From a virus, in the IMG/VR virus record IMGVR_UViG_3300042317_000390, positions 1-64,000 of that record: 64,000 nucleotides of DNA, one strand, 5' to 3'. Each line of letters opens with the position of its first letter. Position 1 is the first letter of the stretch. The translations under genes were made by a program, and so were the position numbers. A model generated the notes under the pieces. The model was not told the origin of the DNA, did no database searches, and saw nothing but the letters and a program-made list of their open reading frames with translations. Of this stretch, positions 30,107 to 40,022 are shown in pieces.

Positions 30107-30890
30107 ATTAATACTCCATTATTTCTTTTTAGGTTTCTTATCCTTATCGGGCTTTGGAAACGTTTTCATATACATATCGTTGAAAATATGCTTTTCGTGA
30201 TTACGGATAACGCGATTGATTGCAGTATCATGGTCTGCGGTGTTCGCAGAAATCTTAGATTTATTATGTGTAGATCTATAGACCTTGCCACGTAAATCTT
30301 TAGGCATAATCACTTTGCCAACTTCTTTACCCTCATGGGAAACCATAGTGATCACACCATGTGGAGTTTTGCTAATCTCAGAAGTATACCCACGACCATG
30401 ATCGTGAGCTTCCTCATCTAGCTTATCTTTTATGGCTTCTTTGATTATATCTGTAATTTTTGACATAGGTTCCCCCAGTGGTTTTCCTTTATTTAGGTTT
30501 CCACTGGTGGCGCCTCTGTCTTTTCCAATTTTTGTGATTGAAATCAGATCTCATATAATCGTCCCAGCAAGTGGGCGTTCTGTTTCTTTTTGCTCTGTGT
30601 TTTACTTTCAGGAGCTTACATTCTTCATCATGATAAAAAGAGTCAATCTCACGAAGCTCCTGAAAGGTTCTTGGATAACGATACCATCCAAATCCACCAC
30701 GAAAACAACGAGTGCCACTGACGGGCATTCTACGAAATTTCTTGCCACCTATTGCATGATCTGGATTGTATCTTCTAATACGAATGATACCAAGTTCGTC
30801 TTCCCAACGAAACAAAGTAGTCATTTTGTCCTCCTAGTGTTTGAGTATTACACTAGAAAAACTCCCCTTCGCTATACATGATTGTTATCC

Positions 30891-31340
30891 TTAAACGATG
30901 TTAACTTTTTTAGGTTTCTTTTCCTCTGGAATCATATTTTCCAGATAGATCTTCAAAATACCATTGAGCATTTCTGCGTTTTTCACTTCAACGCTATCGG
31001 CAAGAGTAAATTTGCGTGTGAATACACGATCCGCAATACCCTTATAGATATATTGTAGTGGATTGATTGTAGCATCAGCCATATCGTTAACTGTCATACC
31101 ACCTTTAACGACTAATACGTTATTGGCGAGTTCAATGTCAATATTTTGTTTGCCGAAACCTGCAACAGCCATTTCAATAGTATAATTGTTGTCGTCAACT
31201 TTCACGATATTATATGGAGGCCAATTTTGGGCTGCTGCTTTTGCGTAGGTATCTTGTACAGAATTCAAGGTATCTAGAACCTTATCAAAGCCTACAAGAT
31301 ATTTGTTGAAGTTGTTAAATGCAAATGGATCGTTTGTCAT
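30891..31340 (-). CDS. hsp20: small heat-shock protein
   Basis: PPYNI, IEMAVAGF, YKGIA.R.F.R.F.LA, A...NG.L.I.L...IPEEKKP. Confidence 0.95.
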   Translation of the reverse strand: MTNDPFAFNNFNKYLVGFDKVLDTLNSVQDTYAKAAAQNWPPYNIVKVDDNNYTIEMAVAGFGKQNIDIELANNVLVVKGGMTVNDMADATINPLQYIYKGIADRVFTRKFTLADSVEVKNAEMLNGILKIYLENMIPEEKKPKKVNIV

Positions 31341-31395
31341 AGTTATCTCCTTTTAAGCGAGAAAAATAATCAGCGTTCCAATCAGGCAACGCTTC
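31341..31395 (-). promoter_or_regulatory. ROSE-like RNA thermometer in hsp20 leader
   Basis: TCTC(G)CTT pairs with AAGGAGA SD leaving a bulged G; upstream hairpin AGCGTT/AACGCT. Confidence 0.6.
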
Positions 31396-31397
31396 AT

Positions 31398-31450
31398 ATT
31401 ATATAGTAATTGTGAGGGGGAAGTCAATACCTCCCCCTCAACTTTTTTTT
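31398..31450. terminator. hairpin between pmoC and hsp20 overlapping a sigma70-type promoter
   Basis: TGAGGGGGA/TCCCCCTCA stem with T-tract on the plus side; TTGACT-N18-TATAAT on minus strand. Confidence 0.6.
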
Positions 31451-32214
31451 TATTCTGTTAGAAGTGCTACGCCTTCACGCCCTAGCAAAGCATGAACACG
31501 TCCTAGAATTTGGAGAACAACGCCGAACACACCAAGTGCCATCCAGCCAAAGAACACGAAGCCCCAATGCAATGGTGCTACGAATAGTTCTTCCATGAAC
31601 CAGAAAGTATGACCCCATTCGTTGAGACCAACGTTTGGAATGATCATAAATGGTCCAATAGCTACAATCAAGAATGCAAGGCTGTATCCATGTGAGAAGT
31701 ATGGAATACGGGTTCTTGCATAGAAGAAAGCACCTACTGCAATTACGCTATAGATTGGATATGACATGTAGAATTCAATGATGTGACTTGGAGTAAAGTC
31801 AGTATCACGAATAACAGTCATATGCCATGTACCATCCTGTTCAGTAAAGAAGGATGCGCCCCAATAAATGGCAGCAGCATACACAACAAGCCACTGAACA
31901 AGAACTACTAGACGACGCATTTCCTCACGAGGAGCTACGGCGTCAATGTCACGATCTCTCGTCTTCCAAAGATAACCAGCAAGTGCTAGTCCTGAGACTA
32001 ACTCAAGCGGAATCTCCGTCCAGAGAATAGACATCCAATATGTCTGAAACTCGGGTGCAAATGAGTCAAGACCAGCCCTCCAGCCGAATACCTGCTCATA
32101 GATTCTGACGATTAGATAGAATGTGTTTAGAAGCGCAAGGCCAATCCACATTCCACGGAGATCAACGACATCTGACTTTGCTGCGACTGCAGCGGTTGTA
32201 GTTACTGTACTCAT
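31450..32214 (-). CDS. pmoC: particulate methane monooxygenase subunit C (auxiliary metabolic gene)
   Basis: GLDSFAPEFQTYW, ASFFTEQDGTWHMTVIRDTDFTPSHIIEFY, PNVGLNEWGHTFWFMEELFVAPLHWGFV; alphaproteobacterial-type wording; GGAG RBS. Confidence 0.98.
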   Translation of the reverse strand: MSTVTTTAAVAAKSDVVDLRGMWIGLALLNTFYLIVRIYEQVFGWRAGLDSFAPEFQTYWMSILWTEIPLELVSGLALAGYLWKTRDRDIDAVAPREEMRRLVVLVQWLVVYAAAIYWGASFFTEQDGTWHMTVIRDTDFTPSHIIEFYMSYPIYSVIAVGAFFYARTRIPYFSHGYSLAFLIVAIGPFMIIPNVGLNEWGHTFWFMEELFVAPLHWGFVFFGWMALGVFGVVLQILGRVHALLGREGVALLTE

Positions 32215-32289
32215 ATATTATTCTCCATAGAGAAAAAAATCAAGTGGTCAGTTTCGCCTTTGGTGACGGTGAACCGCCACTCTTGGTGT

Positions 32290-32320
32290 TATTTATACTA
32301 TACCTCTATTGAAAAGTCAA
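32290..32320 (-). promoter_or_regulatory. pmoC promoter: sigma70-type with the -10 coinciding with a T4 late box
   Basis: TTGACT-N17-TATAAATA. Confidence 0.75.
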
Positions 32321-33321
32321 CTGGCTTAGTTAAGTTTTTTTCCGAAAGTTTCTTTGGCTGTGCAAAGAATATCCATATTTCTTCTGTCAAGAATGAATAT
32401 TGGAGTCATATTCGCTGCTCTATATTCTTCTGCAACTTTAAGAACAGTTCTAAGACCGCTCTCTTCGTCTTCTGGAATAAAAGAAGCTGCTGCTATAACA
32501 ACGTTTTCTGGAACTTCGACTAAATCTTGTAGGTTTAATTTTTTCATTTATCTTTCTTATAAAAAGCTGAAAGGTAAGTCTGCATTGCATCAGAGAATAC
32601 CTTATATCCAAACATAGTAACCATCATAGTATTCTTATACATAGTATACACTGGATTCTTATCCAGAACATCTTCTTCTTTTTTAACCTTTGGTGGTTTG
32701 CTATCTAATAAAGTCTTATCTTCTATCATATCCTCAAAGAATTGTAATTTCATCTTTGATTGATATTCAACGTCATCAACCTTGGGATCATTCTTTAATA
32801 GTTTTTTAATCCTTTTGATCAATTTAAGTTGCCTTTTTGTAGCGTGATACTGACATAACAATATATGATCTAGATCGTCCATTTTACATTTCAAAGGTTC
32901 CAGGGACTAACCACCATGACACAGCAGCCCAATAAGGCTTATCCAATAATGGATCAATCTCAAAACAGGCAGTAACCATTTCAAAGGACTGCTGTTCGAT
33001 ATAATATTCTACTATCATTTGTCTTTGTCCGTCACATATAATTCATCAAGATTTTCGTATAAAACCTTTTCAAATTCTTCACCTAATCTTTCTTGTTTTT
33101 TAAGAAATTCATTCATTTCATATTCTATATGATCACCATTATGAAATCTAATTCCTAATAAGTGATCGTGCATGGCCATCATAGCATTAGCAAACCAACC
33201 AATCATATATTCTTCATCACGGAAAGCATCACGATCCATATCTTTTGTAGTTTCAATAAAAAACTTGGCCCATGCTTGTGCATCTGGATTTTGATGTATG
33301 CTCATATCATAATCGGTCATA

Positions 33322-33687
33322 TTAAATAATATCCATAGTAAAGATTGCACGAATATAGTGTTGAGGATCAAATGGAATACGGTTACGAGCAAATACAACG
33401 AAACCTAAATCATTGCCTTCCATAACGTCTTTCATTGACTTGCCTGTAGTATATACGTCATCAACGACTAATCGTAATGGGTGTCCGGGCGTAATATACT
33501 TCTCTAACGATTGAGCCAACTTAACGCCACCACGAGGAATACCGTAAACACTACCAAATCTAGTACGCTCATGTATAATCCTTGATAAACAATTCCAGTC
33601 TTCATCTGTTAATGCGTCACACTCAATTTTCCAATTTAACTCATGTCCAGCGTGGGAAATAAACTTTCCCCTATTGAATAGATTCAT
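33322..33687 (-). CDS. minimal type I phosphoribosyltransferase (PyrE-like)
   Basis: GIPRGG and PRPP-binding loop LVVDDVYTTGKS. Confidence 0.75.
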   Translation of the reverse strand: MNLFNRGKFISHAGHELNWKIECDALTDEDWNCLSRIIHERTRFGSVYGIPRGGVKLAQSLEKYITPGHPLRLVVDDVYTTGKSMKDVMEGNDLGFVVFARNRIPFDPQHYIRAIFTMDII

Positions 33688-34822
33688 GACTTTTTCCGTT
33701 TTTTATTAAACAAATACCATTGGAGTCTTATGAAACCAATGACTCTGTTTATATAGTCTGTCAGATAAACGTCACGCTTGTTATTGAGTAACCATAGTCT
33801 ATCATAGTCAGCTTGTAGGGCAGAGATTAGATAAGCAGCCTTGCGAGGAACAGACATACATTTAACATGATTGTTCTTCTCAATCCAATCTGCTAACTCA
33901 TGCAGTTGTTTGATTATTTCGTCGTGGTCATTCATCATGCACCCCAGTAAATTACTTCTTCTATTTTACGACCCCACAAAAATGCGCCATCATTATATGC
34001 TCGTATTCTGAGAAGAACTTTCAAGTCAGAAGAAAACATGGCGTAGTCAAGAATACCACACTCTTCCATAAGCAGATCAAATGTAGGATTGGCCCATTCT
34101 TCGTCAGTCATCTATTCTCTCACCAACTTCATTGACGTGGAAACCAGCACGGACTTCTAATTCATCCTGTGTTTGTTTATAGAACTTGAACACATGATTA
34201 CAATACCATCTGTCCCAGTCTCCACCGTCAAACTTTTGTTCTTTCAAATATTCATCAAACAGTTTGTTATACTCTGCTTGAGTTATTGATTTCATTTTAG
34301 GATTTCTCTAATCCTTGTATATTGCACATTTGCTGGTTTAAGTGTTCCAAAGTCAATAATCGCCTCAGGTGCAAATGTGCTTGGATCTTCTGTAAATCCA
34401 ACAACAAATCCTTCAACCAAAATCATATCACCAACTTCAAGTTTATCAGGATCAATTTGTAACTGTGCCATTATAATTCTGCCTTCATCATTTATCTTTA
34501 TGACACTTAATGCCCATTCTACCTTCTACCCAATTACCTAACATATTAATCTCAGCATGGGTAGTACCAACAGTGCAAAGTTTGGGTTCAACTTTGGCTT
34601 CTTGGTTTTGACAAACGCTACCCACACACATGAATACAGTTGCTAATACTAAAGTTTTCATCAGAAACCAAACTGTGCCTTGACGATCTTAACGGCGATA
34701 TCAAAAGCTTCGCCTAGAACGACTTCATCAACTTCCACTCCACGCTCACGGAAAACTTCTCCCATAGCGTCAACTGCTTGTGTCTTTGTCTCAGATGTAA
34801 TATCAAACATTATGTTCTCCTT

Positions 34823-34830
34823 TATAAATA
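34823..34830 (+). promoter_or_regulatory. T4-type late promoter for spanins
   Basis: TATAAATA followed by GGAGG and ATG 34849. Confidence 0.75.
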
Positions 34831-34848
34831 TCCTAAACGGAGGATGAC

Positions 34849-35229
34849 ATGGAAATACTATTATCTCTCATAACTTCAGGATCATTACGTTATATAGTAA
34901 TCCTATTACTCGTAGCCATTGGCGGAACTTATTTCTATGTGTCCTACAAGAACTACGGTGAGTTGCAAAGAGAATTAGCTCAATACCAGTATAATATAAA
35001 ACAGCTTGAGCAATTAGTAAAGGACAGAGAAAATCAGATTCAGAACCTTAATCAGATTAATAAGGATAAGGATGAAGCTGTGGTTCTACTTGAGCAAGAA
35101 AGACGAGATCTTGAAGATAAACTAAAATCTATTGAGAGTGATATTGATATAGAGGTAGGTAAAGGTAACGATAGACCTTCTTCTAACATTCTTAAGGATA
35201 CATTTAGAAAATTAGGAGTTATGAAATGA
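34849..35229 (+). CDS. putative inner-membrane spanin
   Basis: single N-terminal TM followed by long coiled coil. Confidence 0.7.
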   Translation: MEILLSLITSGSLRYIVILLLVAIGGTYFYVSYKNYGELQRELAQYQYNIKQLEQLVKDRENQIQNLNQINKDKDEAVVLLEQERRDLEDKLKSIESDIDIEVGKGNDRPSSNILKDTFRKLGVMK

Positions 35230-35516
35230 AGCTGACCTACTTGCTAACCATATGTGCGACCATCTTGCTGACCAGCTGTAATGACCAAAGTCAAGTTATT
35301 ACAAGCTACAGATATATGGTAGTTCATCCGTCAGAAGCAATGTATTATTGCCCTGTTCTTAAAGAATTTCCTAATTGGAAGACTTTAACTGATGCACAAG
35401 TTGCAAAGACAGTAATACAGCTACAGAAGAACAATTTGAACTGCAAGAGTTCAATGCAATCTATTAAATCATTTTTGGATAAGGAAGAAAAAAGGCTCCA
35501 AAGTCAGGAGCCTTAA
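35226..35516 (+). CDS. putative outer-membrane spanin lipoprotein
   Basis: signal peptide with lipobox LLTSC, two further Cys, ATGA overlap with i-spanin. Confidence 0.7.
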   Translation: MKLTYLLTICATILLTSCNDQSQVITSYRYMVVHPSEAMYYCPVLKEFPNWKTLTDAQVAKTVIQLQKNNLNCKSSMQSIKSFLDKEEKRLQSQEP

Positions 35517-35519
35517 TCT

Positions 35520-35738
35520 TTAGTTGCCTGCGGCGTCTTTAACTGTTGTAATCTGCGTTAGGAAACGCATAACAGCCATTACTAGACCAGCGGCTAGACC
35601 AGCGGCTGGTACAACTAGATTCTCTGGAACACCCCATCCAGCTAACACTGATGTCCAATCAATACCACCAACCTTTTCGCTGACGATTGGTAGAACTGCC
35701 ATTAGGAAAGCTACGAGATAAGTCTTATAACCGTTCAT
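35520..35738 (-). CDS. small two-TM membrane protein (holin-like)
   Basis: M.GYKTY start, two hydrophobic helices, MRF.T end; AAGGAG RBS. Confidence 0.55.
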   Translation of the reverse strand: MNGYKTYLVAFLMAVLPIVSEKVGGIDWTSVLAGWGVPENLVVPAAGLAAGLVMAVMRFLTQITTVKDAAGN

Positions 35739-36037
35739 GATAATCTCCTTTCAATGAATTGCCTGTTAGGCTGTATTATTTAGGAGTATCTTCGGTCTGC
35801 TTTGTCATACACTGTGTTTTGAGATTATAACCTATCCAGAACGACCTTTGTCTACGGTCGCACCAGTTTTTACTCTTTAGGAACTTTTCGGGATCAACAC
35901 CATTACGCGCAACGCCTTTACCGATAACAAGTATTCTGGATAGTTCTTCTTTTGGTATTTTATGTCGGCGCTTGGACACGTGGATTCTCCGTTATTAGTA
36001 TACACTTATAATATACTAAAAAGTCTGAGAAGTAAAA

Positions 36038-36352
36038 TTATTCATTTCTCCAAACGAGCGCCTTTTTCTTTTCATCATCAGTTAAGATGTGAGCGATATG
36101 ATGCGCTTCGGTCTTCAGTGTACCCTTCGGTGCTACAGCTTTTATTCTATCAGAAAGATCATTATAGTTTCTTTCCAACAGAGTAACTGTATAATCAAAA
36201 GCACCATCTGATAACTTCGGATCATCTAGTTCATAGTATAAGTAGCAGGAGTATAGAAACATTGTCTCCTGCCACTCTAACATCTTCTGCCAACTAACAG
36301 CTTGACATGTATCGGAATAACCACTATTTTCTGTCTTTACCCAAGTCATCAC
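36038..36352 (-). CDS. stand-alone domain resembling subdomain Ia of NAD+-dependent DNA ligase
   Basis: YLYYELDDPKLSDGAFD matches the YY..D.P..SD..(Y/F)D motif. Confidence 0.6.
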   Translation of the reverse strand: MMTWVKTENSGYSDTCQAVSWQKMLEWQETMFLYSCYLYYELDDPKLSDGAFDYTVTLLERNYNDLSDRIKAVAPKGTLKTEAHHIAHILTDDEKKKALVWRNE

Positions 36353-36592
36353 GACCTCTCTATGATGTCCAGTAAACCCTTCAGGAATTCAACCTCAGAT
36401 AAAGCGCCTTTCTGTAATCCCTTATAATAAGGGTCTTTCAGTGGATCTTGCGCTGCATAATTGGTTCTGTTCCGAAGCCTGTCATAAAGAAACTCTTTTA
36501 TTTCCACTAGTGCTGTGTCTGCATTCTTAGTTAAGAACTTATTAGTCATTGTCTCTATCCTCATAATTAGTTATTTCATCGTCCACAGAGTA

Positions 36593-36683
36593 ATTATACT
36601 ATTATAATTTTAACAAGTAAAGTGAATTATCTTCTGGGTTACATTATTTTTTAATTTACTTGTTAGGCGCTTTCCTTTAATAT
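36593..36683. promoter_or_regulatory. divergent pair of early promoters at the strand switch
   Basis: minus TTTACT-N17-TATAAT (36621 to 36593) and plus TTTACT-N17-TAATAT (36655-36683); both start TTTACTTGTTA. Confidence 0.75.
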
Positions 36684-36713
36684 AAGAAAATAAGAAAACG
36701 GTGGAGATCACTA

Positions 36714-37373
36714 ATGGTTAAGCTGTCCCGTCCCTCCAAGATGCCTTGCGCTACTTGGTCACTGGAAGCAAGAAAAACTTGCCCAGGTTCGGTTGATCCT
36801 GTAACCAAGGAATCAGTCCCGGTCTGCGAAGGTTGTTACGCCTCTTATGGTTTCTATAAGATGCCTGCCTCCAAGAAAATTCGTATTAACAATCGTAAAG
36901 ATTGGCAGCGCAAAGAATGGGTTAGTGAGATGATCGAAGCGATCAATACTCAGAAACCCGATAAGCAAGGTAAACGATATTTTCGTTGGTTTGACTCCGG
37001 CGACATCTATCATCCTAATCTTGCCGTTAAGATTTTAGAGGTTATGAAAGGAACTCCAAAGGTTAAGCATTGGCTTCCTACTCGTTCCTACAAGATACCT
37101 AAGATCAGAGAAACATTAGAGGAAATGAAACTTCTTCCTAATGTTATGGTTCGTTATTCGTCTGATTCGATAACGGGAGAACACGGTGAGATTCACGGAT
37201 CGGTGGTTATCCCTGATCATGACTTTAAGATCAAGGCAAAGAAGTGCGATGCTTATGAACGAGACGGTAAGTGCGGTGACTGTAGAGCTTGCTGGAGTAA
37301 GAGCGTTAAGTTAATTGCTTACAGCGCTCACGGCGTTAAGATGAAGACAGTCGTTAAAAAACACGCTGCTTAG
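36714..37373 (+). CDS. GP88-family protein
   Basis: LS..SKMP...WSL.A..TCPG...C..CYA, FRWFDSGD, HWLPTR, C..CRACW. Confidence 0.8.
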   Translation: MVKLSRPSKMPCATWSLEARKTCPGSVDPVTKESVPVCEGCYASYGFYKMPASKKIRINNRKDWQRKEWVSEMIEAINTQKPDKQGKRYFRWFDSGDIYHPNLAVKILEVMKGTPKVKHWLPTRSYKIPKIRETLEEMKLLPNVMVRYSSDSITGEHGEIHGSVVIPDHDFKIKAKKCDAYERDGKCGDCRACWSKSVKLIAYSAHGVKMKTVVKKHAA

Positions 37374-37382
37374 GAGTATATA

Positions 37383-37958
37383 ATGAAACCGACATACGAA
37401 GAAGCACTCAAAGGAACTATGCAGTGGCGTGATAACTATAAGGATATTGGCATTCTATTGTCATTCCATGGTTATCGTAATGGTCCTGAGTATCAGAGCG
37501 AAGGAACATGGTGCTATTATCTATTACTAGATGAACGCATGTTCAATCCCAAAGACTGGAAAAAGATGTGGTTTAAACCTCAAGTTACAGATTGGGGGTT
37601 GGACTATAACTATTATGCGTTTCCTGATGTTGACTTTCACGGCGGCATCACGTTCTATGAACAGGGTGAGCAATATGAACGCAAGACAGGTAAGAAGTTT
37701 AAGACGCTCAAGGTAGGATGTGACTACGCTCATCTTTGGGATAGCGAACGTGGTTATCCTGATTATTATGATAGCGTCTTGTTTGATGCTAAACACTCTG
37801 TTACGTGTTTACTTTCTCACTTTCCTAACGTAAAGTGGAAGTGCGGTTATTCTGGTATTTGGGACGACCCAAAGAATTTCTATATTGCTAAGAATGGAAA
37901 ACGAATCCATATTAGCATGGAAGAAAAGATCGAATGGGCAGAATGGAAACGAGCATGA
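37383..37958 (+). CDS. hypothetical protein
   Basis: HGGITF and G.DYAHL.D motifs; AGGAG RBS. Confidence 0.65.
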   Translation: MKPTYEEALKGTMQWRDNYKDIGILLSFHGYRNGPEYQSEGTWCYYLLLDERMFNPKDWKKMWFKPQVTDWGLDYNYYAFPDVDFHGGITFYEQGEQYERKTGKKFKTLKVGCDYAHLWDSERGYPDYYDSVLFDAKHSVTCLLSHFPNVKWKCGYSGIWDDPKNFYIAKNGKRIHISMEEKIEWAEWKRA

Positions 37959-39058
37959 GAAAGTATCATCCCGGCGATAAGGTAACAGTCAGAGCAATTG
38001 TGCGGTATAACTGTATGTCTGGTAGATTGTTAGGGGTTGAGATTATCGGTGAAGGTAATATTGATCATGTGACAGTAGTAATACCTGTCGATCAAATAGT
38101 ATCACACGAGAAGGTGCCGCCAGGACAGCCTTTGGAAAGGGATGCTGCAAGTGCGTCTCGAAGACGAAGCCGACGACACCGCTGCGCTGGCGCTTCTCGC
38201 ACCCGCCGCGCACAATCCAGGAGGAACGCCATGAGCAGCATGCGCAAGCTCGAACGCGATTTCGCTCATGCCGACGCCGCTGCCGTCAACGGCTTGCTCG
38301 CGCAGCTCGGCGACGAAGACGTTATGGCACGGTTCGGCCTTGAGGCGCGGCTCGCCGACCTGCAGGCCGAGATCGCTCGGCTCGACGCCGCCGGCGACGA
38401 GCCTGTCGCGTCGGCCGCCCTGTTCTTCGGCGGTCGTCCTGTACTCGGCCAGCGGGGGATCGAGAGCGAATTCGCCGGCACCGTTATCACCAAATTTCAA
38501 GATATCGTCGCGAAGGTTCTGGCGCGCTGGGTGACACCTCGACCCTCGCCGACCCCGGCGTGGTCGATGCGCTCATCAAGGATCACGCCTCCAGCTGACG
38601 TTTGTCGACGCGCCACCTGCGTCGGCCTTGGCCTTGACAGCCAATATGTTTACCATAATGTTAGTAGGTTTGTAAAAGTATATAAGATGCACACAGCTAA
38701 AATCAAACCGCTATTCAAACCCGGTGATCGTGTTATATGGGATGATACGGCATATAACAAGAAAAGAAAAGCAACTGTTATTGCTTGCTGTGATGATGAG
38801 TATTATACTATTGAAGTGGATAGTAAGTATTCAAAATATAATACATTCAACGTCCATGTAGACAATCTTGATCCCATGCCCAAAGAAGTTAAGATAGCAG
38901 ATAAAGAATATGCTGTCAAGTGTGCTAAATGGTTTAAATCTGCTTACGCAGCGATAACAAAAGCTGGTGGTGTTCCTGAATATGTTATCGACAGTATTCC
39001 GGCTGATGTGTTAGATAATCTTATACGGAACGATCTCCACTTGGAGTATAAGAAGTGA
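37955..39058 (+). CDS. chimeric ORF spanning phage DNA and a GC-rich bacterial insert
   Basis: frame open across abrupt AT-to-GC transitions at ~38116 and ~38640; internal starts at 38231 (AGGAGG) and 38687. Confidence 0.5.
   Translation: MRKYHPGDKVTVRAIVRYNCMSGRLLGVEIIGEGNIDHVTVVIPVDQIVSHEKVPPGQPLERDAASASRRRSRRHRCAGASRTRRAQSRRNAMSSMRKLERDFAHADAAAVNGLLAQLGDEDVMARFGLEARLADLQAEIARLDAAGDEPVASAALFFGGRPVLGQRGIESEFAGTVITKFQDIVAKVLARWVTPRPSPTPAWSMRSSRITPPADVCRRATCVGLGLDSQYVYHNVSRFVKVYKMHTAKIKPLFKPGDRVIWDDTAYNKKRKATVIACCDDEYYTIEVDSKYSKYNTFNVHVDNLDPMPKEVKIADKEYAVKCAKWFKSAYAAITKAGGVPEYVIDSIPADVLDNLIRNDLHLEYKK
38116..38525 (+). other. captured bacterial fragment A: junction of a two-gene operon
   Basis: GC-rich; ..RQDSLWKGMLQVRL..GGTP-stop (TGA 38232-38234) overlapping ATG 38231 of MSSMRKLERD..ALFFGGRPVLG.RGIE.EF. 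Confidence 0.7.
38521..38598 (+). pseudogene. acs: captured 3' end of bacterial acetyl-CoA synthetase gene
   Basis: frame from 38521 reads GALGDTSTLADPGVVDALIKDHASS-stop, the conserved Acs C-terminal LGDTSTLADP motif. Confidence 0.85.
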
Positions 39059-39809
39059 CCCTATACTATTATTCTACAGAATATCCTAATGAAAAACAGG
39101 ATATGGATGAGTTCTTTGAGTATATTGCATATGAGTATGAAGACATCAATAGATTGAAATGTGATATAAATTGGTTGACAGAAGATATAGCAAAAGTAAT
39201 GTATTATGGTCATGATGGTTGGGAATGGTGGAAGTATGGTCAAACTCAAACCATCCATTTGTGGGATAGTGATAGAAACTATCTTGGTCATTTTGATGCT
39301 GAATATGAAGTCGAACCTTCTTTCATTACTAGGGATATAGTGAAGCCATGAACTCACAGGAACTCTTGAAGGCGGGATATAAACAGTGTGTTGATCATAT
39401 GGCACCTGAATATGTCAAGGAAACACGCTATTTTTATCAAAAGAAAATATACCGTATAACTGACGGTATATTGTTATATTTTATCAACGTATATGAGTAT
39501 GATTGGCGTCATTTTAATCATAGGAACAAAGACTTTGCTTATGAAGCAAAACTACATTTATATGTTGATGATAAAGCAGACTGTCTACATGTGCATTTTA
39601 ATTGTGATAAGTTTGAGGTAAGAGAACTAGAAGAATATGTCAGTGATCTATATCTACAAATAGGCTGCGTTCCAGACAAACATAATGATTGAGGTGTATT
39701 ATGCCAGATGATATCATATGACAAATATGATGTCTATGGTTTTTATAAGAGTAGCAAGGTCACTGTGGAATTGGACGATAAATAAGAAAAACATTCCCAA
39801 AGAGCGATT

Positions 39810-40017
39810 GATGTCAAGTTTATCAGAATCATTACAAAGACGCAAAGAAGTAGCAAAAGAGCGTCTTGCTATATGCATGGATTGCGATAAATACAACCAT
39901 ACTACAACTCAATGTAATGAGTGTGGTTGTATTATGTTGTTAAAAACAATTCTTGCTAGTTCGTCATGTCCTTTGAAAAAGTGGGGAGTTGATAACGAAG
40001 AAAATCATAAGGAATAA
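39810..40017 (+). CDS. Cys-rich small protein (DUF6171-like); probable start ATG 39810
   Basis: RL.IC..C...C..CGC....K.......CP..KW. Confidence 0.65.
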
Positions 40018-40022
40018 CATTT

